DNA from: the human T2T-CHM13v2.0 reference genome, Homo sapiens
NCBI RefSeq assembly: GCF_009914755.1
Contig: NC_060934.1
Reading direction: 5' to 3' (one strand)
DNA: 64,000 bases
Below, piece by piece: positions 59,351-64,000 of the stretch; within the stretch, counting starts at the first letter, position 1; each line of letters begins with the position of its first letter. The translations under genes were made by a program, and so were the position numbers. The notes under the pieces are model-generated. The model was not told where the DNA came from. It saw only the letters and a program-made list of their open reading frames with translations, and did no database searches.

Positions 59351-60309
59351 AATTCTGCCTCTTTACAGTTTTTATGGAAATTTTTCTCCCCATCTGCAAA
59401 ACATTCCTTAAGGAATGAGTTATAATTCCATGTGTGCTTTTTTACAGGGCTTTGTTATATTGCAAGGAATCAAAATGCCCTCTCTTTTATTCCCTTTACC
59501 CTACTGCCTTCTTGATGAAGCCTTCCCCTGCTACCTGTATTTCAGAAGGTGCAGGTTACTCAGACTGATGATAAAAGCCTCACTCCCTGGAAGGCTAGCT
59601 TTCTTCTTAAATGATGGCTGAGTATGAGGCTTCTAAAGAAAATTCACCATGGAAATTGGGTCATAGTCAGTAGAATCATGTTGTTAAATGTTCCTTGTGC
59701 ATTTCTCCTGGGTGCCATCTGAGTGCTAGATGTTGCTGTGATTACATGTGCGTGTGCTGCTCCTCACATGAATCAGGTGAGTCAGGAGATAGCAATGAAA
59801 GCAGTGCCCTCAGTGCCTGCTGGGCTCCCAGATCTTCCTCTTTGAGAGACAAAATCACACCATTTGGAATTTCTTCTTTTTCAAAATACTTTGGTGTTGG
59901 AAGACATACCCAGAACGGCCACCTAGCATTGTCTTTCTCCCTGAGAGTTGCTGTTTTAAAACAACACTTGCTAGTTTCTTAATTTACCTGGAAGTAATGG
60001 TGTGTCATTTTGTTGTGTTTACCTGCTCACTTCATCTCCTATCTACATGCTGATTGGCAGTATTGCAATATTAAGTGTTTTTATTTATTCTTAATTTAAA
60101 ATTTTGTGGGCTTTGGGGAGCAGACAGAAATAACAATTTGGAGGAAACAGTGAATATAGAATACTAAATACCTGCAAATGGAGAAACATAGAAGGCATCA
60201 GAAGGGAGCCTCAAAAGACACGAGGAATTGGAGCTGGTGCACAAGAACACACCTGAAACTACAGGCTAAATTGCACAAGCTTTCCAGAAAGAAAAAGGGA
60301 GGAGGGAGT

Positions 60310-60500
60310 AATACACACACTTGATCTTATTTAACATTTACCCTTTTGAATGTAAGCCAGATAGGAATTAGGTTATTCTGATTTGACAGAGGAAGAAACT
60401 GAGATTCTGAATAGTCAAGTGAACGGTCAGTCACTTAATATGATAAGCTAACATCAACACTTAGTTACTGAGCCATGAGCACTGATGTTTAAGCTCCTTG
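60310..60500 (-). mobile_element. MIR
   Basis: acagaggaagaaactgagattctga..gtcaagtgaac. Confidence 0.55.
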
Positions 60501-60979
60501 GAGTTATGGAAATGACTAAGAATTCTTGGAAAGACTTTCTCCCCAAGCTGCAGGGAACGTGTGGCAAAATTTTATGATTCATTTCAGAGAATTCCCAAAT
60601 CCCGGAAGTCCTTAGATTCTGTGTTAAAGAGCTTCCCTCACCTGAGAATCATTTCCCAGTCTCCTAACTTCATGTAGTTTATGGCACCAGTTGGAGCTAT
60701 TAAAATTGAGGTATTTTGTAAATGCATTTGAAGGTCATTCACAAAATGAATGAGGAATGTCTTTAGATGACTGACATGCTTATGCTCTTAATCTAAAATA
60801 TCTAGAAAGTAAACCTAGGATGTGGATTAAAAGTTCTCTGTTGCTGAAGATTTGGGCCAGAGCAGGCCTTTGACAAGATTTCTGAAATTATTTCTTTCCC
60901 ATATTTTTGGTAACTTTTGGTAATGAATATTTACGGAGTTTGTTTTAAAGGAAATGGTGGTATTGAGAATCCAAGTGTT

Positions 60980-61165
60980 GAGTAGTTAGCAGTCCAGTCT
61001 CTGGTACCATATTCCTGGGCTCAAAGCCTAGCCCTACCACCCACCAGCCAGGTTAGATCAAAGCAGGCAATGTGCTTAGCCTTTGTGAGCTTCTCTGTTT
61101 TATTATGTGTAAAACAGGAATGTTAATAGTACCTATATCGTAAGTGTTGTATAGATTGACTATAA
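60980..61165 (+). mobile_element. MIR, cut off by the downstream L1
   Basis: cctgggctcaaagcctagccctaccac...tgtaaaacaggaatgttaatagtacct. Confidence 0.65.
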
Positions 61166-64000
61166 GGAGTCATTCATAGATGGCGATTAGAAGCAGCTGC
61201 AGTCCACGGCACTCACAGAGAGGAATGAAAAGGGGTGAGTGAATTCAGCACCTTCACCTGAAATATCCAGGTTCTCACATTGGGACTGACTAAGCAACCA
61301 ACTCAAACCATGGAGAATGAAGAAAAGTGGCGAGGGGGCTGGGGAGGGTGGTGACAGCCCACAGGGAGTGGCACAGAGCTAAAGGGACCCTCACCCCCAG
61401 CCAAGGGAAGTGGTGAATGATTGTGTGACCCCACCCGAGAAACCATACTTCTCCCATGGATCTTTGCAACCTGCAGACCAGGAGATCCCTTAGTGAGCCC
61501 ACGCCACCAGGGCCTGGGGTCTGATACACAGAGCTGTGTGGACTCTGAGAAGAGCAGCCGCTCAGACACACACAGAGACCCAGGAGTTGTACATACTCCA
61601 GCTCTGGGATACCCGGCAAGGTGGGATGTCCATTCGTACATATCCCTAGAAAGAGGGCTGAATCCAGGGAGTCAAGCAGCAGCACCATTCTCTGGGCTCC
61701 GCTTCCATGGCCACTTCTCTAGTTAAGACCCACTGGCATGGAATTCCAGCCAGCCAATGGTGACAGGCTGGAATCTGCCTGAGACAGGGCTGAGTTCCTG
61801 TGGTTCAGTAGACTCAGCCATTCCAGCCTGCCAGCTTTGGAGAATACAAACAGGCTGGATGATGAAGCATCCCCCATGACACAGCACAGCTGTCTTGCCA
61901 GACTGTGGCCAGACTGCATCTTTAAGCAGGCCCCAATTCATTCCTTTTCACTAGGTGGGACCTCTCTGTGGGGGCTTCAACTATTCCAGCCAGGATTCTA
62001 CGGATAGAGCTCTGATCTCTCCCTGTGACAGAGTTCCTCGGGGGAGGGGTAGCCACTATCTCTGTGGTTCAGTCAACTCAGCTATTCCAGCCTGCTGGCT
62101 TTGGAAAATACAAATGGTCTGAACAAAGAAGGGTTCCACCCAACACAGCACACCTGCTCTACCAAAAAGCAGCCAGACTGCTTCTTTAAGTGGGTCCCTA
62201 ATCCCATTCCTCCTGACTGGGTGAGACCTCCTACCAGGGGTCTCCAGCCACCTCCTACAGGTGCATTTGGGCCAGCAACAAGTTAGTACCCCTCTGGGAC
62301 AGAGCTTCCAGAGGAAGGAGCTGGCTGCCATTTTTTCTGTTTCACAACCTTCACTGATGATACCTCCAGGTACAGGAAAAACTGAGGCAAGTAGGGTCTG
62401 GAGCAGACCCCCAGCGAACCACAGCAGCCCTAAAGTGGTCTGACTGTTAAAAGAAAAACAAACAGAAAATAACAACAACAGTATCAACAAAAAAGATCCC
62501 ATAAAAACTCTATTCAAAGGTCAGCAACCTCAAAGACTGAAGGTAGATAAGCCCACAAAGATGAGAAAAAAATCAACACAAAAACACTGAAAACTCAAAA
62601 AGCCAGAGTGCCTCTTCTCCTCCAAATGGCTGCAACACCTCTCCAGCCAGGGCACAGAACTGGGCTGAGGCTGAGATGCCTGAATTGACAGAAGTAGGCT
62701 TCAGAAGGTGAATAATAACAAACTTAACTGAGCTAAAGGAGCATGTTGTAACCTAATGCAAAGAAGTTAAGAATCGTGATAGAACAATACAGGAGCTGAT
62801 AGCCAGAAGAGCCAGTTTAAAGAGAAACATAACTGACTGATGGAGATGAAAATCAAAACACAAGAACTTTACAATGTGATCACTAGTATCAATAGCAGAA
62901 TAGACCAAGCAAAGCAAAGAATCTCAGAGCTTGAAGACTGTCTTTCTAAAATAAGAAAGACAGATAAGAATAGAGGAAAAAAGTTATAAAAAACTGAATA
63001 AAACCTCCGAGAAATACAGGATTATGTAAAGAGACCGAACCTATGACTGTTTGGGGTACCTGAAAGAGATGGGGAGAATGAAACCAAATTGGAAAACATA
63101 CTTCAGAATATCATCCAGGAGAACTTCCAAAATCTAGCAAGTAGGCCAATATTCAAATTCAGGAAATGCAGGGAACCCCAGTAAGATAATCCATGAGAAG
63201 ATCAACCCCAAGGCACATAATCTTCAGATTCTCCAAGGTCAAAATGAAAGGAAAAAAAATGTTAAGGGCAGCCAGGGAGAAGGGCCAGGTCACCTAAAAA
63301 GGGAAACTCATCAGACTAACAGCAGACCTCTCAGCAGAAACCCTACAAGCCAAAAGAGACTGGGGATCAATATTCAACATTCTTAAAGAATTTCCAACCC
63401 AGAATTTCATATCTGGCCAAAGTAAGCTTCATAAGCAAAGGAGAAATAACATCTTTTTCAGAAAAGGAATAGCTTAGTGAATTAGTCATCACGAGGCCTG
63501 CCTTGCAAGAGCTCCTGAAGGAAGAACTAAATATGGAAAGAAAAAACAATTACCAGCCACTACAAAAACACACTGAAATACACAGACCAGTGAAACCATG
63601 AAGGAGTCACATAAGGAAGTCTGCAAAGTAACCAGCTAGCATCATGATGACAGGATCAAATTCACATATAACAATACTAACCTTAAATGTAAATGGGCTA
63701 AATACCCCAATTAAAAGACATAGAATGACAAGCTGGATAAAGAGCCAAGGCTCATAGGGATGGTGTCTTCAAGAGACCTGTCTCACAAGCAATAAAATCT
63801 ATAGGCTTCAAGTAAAGGGATGGAGAAAAATCTACCAAGCAAACAGAAAACAGCAAATAGCAAGGGTTGCTATTCGAATTTCAGGAAAAATAGAATTTAA
63901 ACAATAATGATAAAAAAAGACAAAAAAGGTCATTTCATAATGGTAAAGCATTCAATTAAACAAGAAAACATAACTATCCTAAATATATATGCACCCAATA
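61166..64000 (+). mobile_element. Older primate L1 (about L1PA10-13): 5'UTR, decayed ORF1 (from 62561) and start of ORF2 (from ~63647), continuing past the window
   Basis: agatggcgattagaagcagctgc start; ORF1-like atgagaaaaaaatcaac...gaacttccaaaatctagcaag...tatctggccaaagtaagc; atgacaggatcaaattcacat...aatatatatgcacccaat. Confidence 0.88.

Noticed and set aside
59774-59784. Consensus splice donor CAG|GTGAGT overlapping an AP-1 site TGAGTCA
   Set aside because: No supportable upstream acceptor or exon; a single motif is not enough evidence without transcript data.

Overview
Human genomic DNA: an AluYb8 at 1.4-1.7 kb is a human-specific subfamily. The window is gene-poor and dense in repeats, and I can support no intact host protein-coding gene. 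Nearly all ORFs in the track are L1, Alu, HERV or MaLR remnants, or chance ORFs. Main contents: (1) a BTF3 processed pseudogene split by an AluJ; (2) a full-length L1PA7-like element (-) that shares its target site with an AluS, leaving three copies of one target-site duplication (TSD); (3) a ~7.1 kb L1PA6-like element (+) with two tandem, diverged 5'UTRs, nested in older L1MA/L1ME copies; (4) a two-LTR MST-type MaLR element; (5) a HERV-H shaped like an L1-retrotransposed mRNA (R-U5...U3-R-polyA, 16-bp TSD, extra 5' G) rather than a provirus; (6) MADE1 and Tigger2 MITEs, MIR/L2/MLT relics and microsatellites; (7) the 5' part of an older L1PA element running off the right edge. I found no convincing novel biological system. 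The best leads are the HERV-H retrocopy, the double-promoter L1 and the reused insertion site. Subfamily calls are by eye from remembered consensus sequences and need Dfam/RepeatMasker confirmation.
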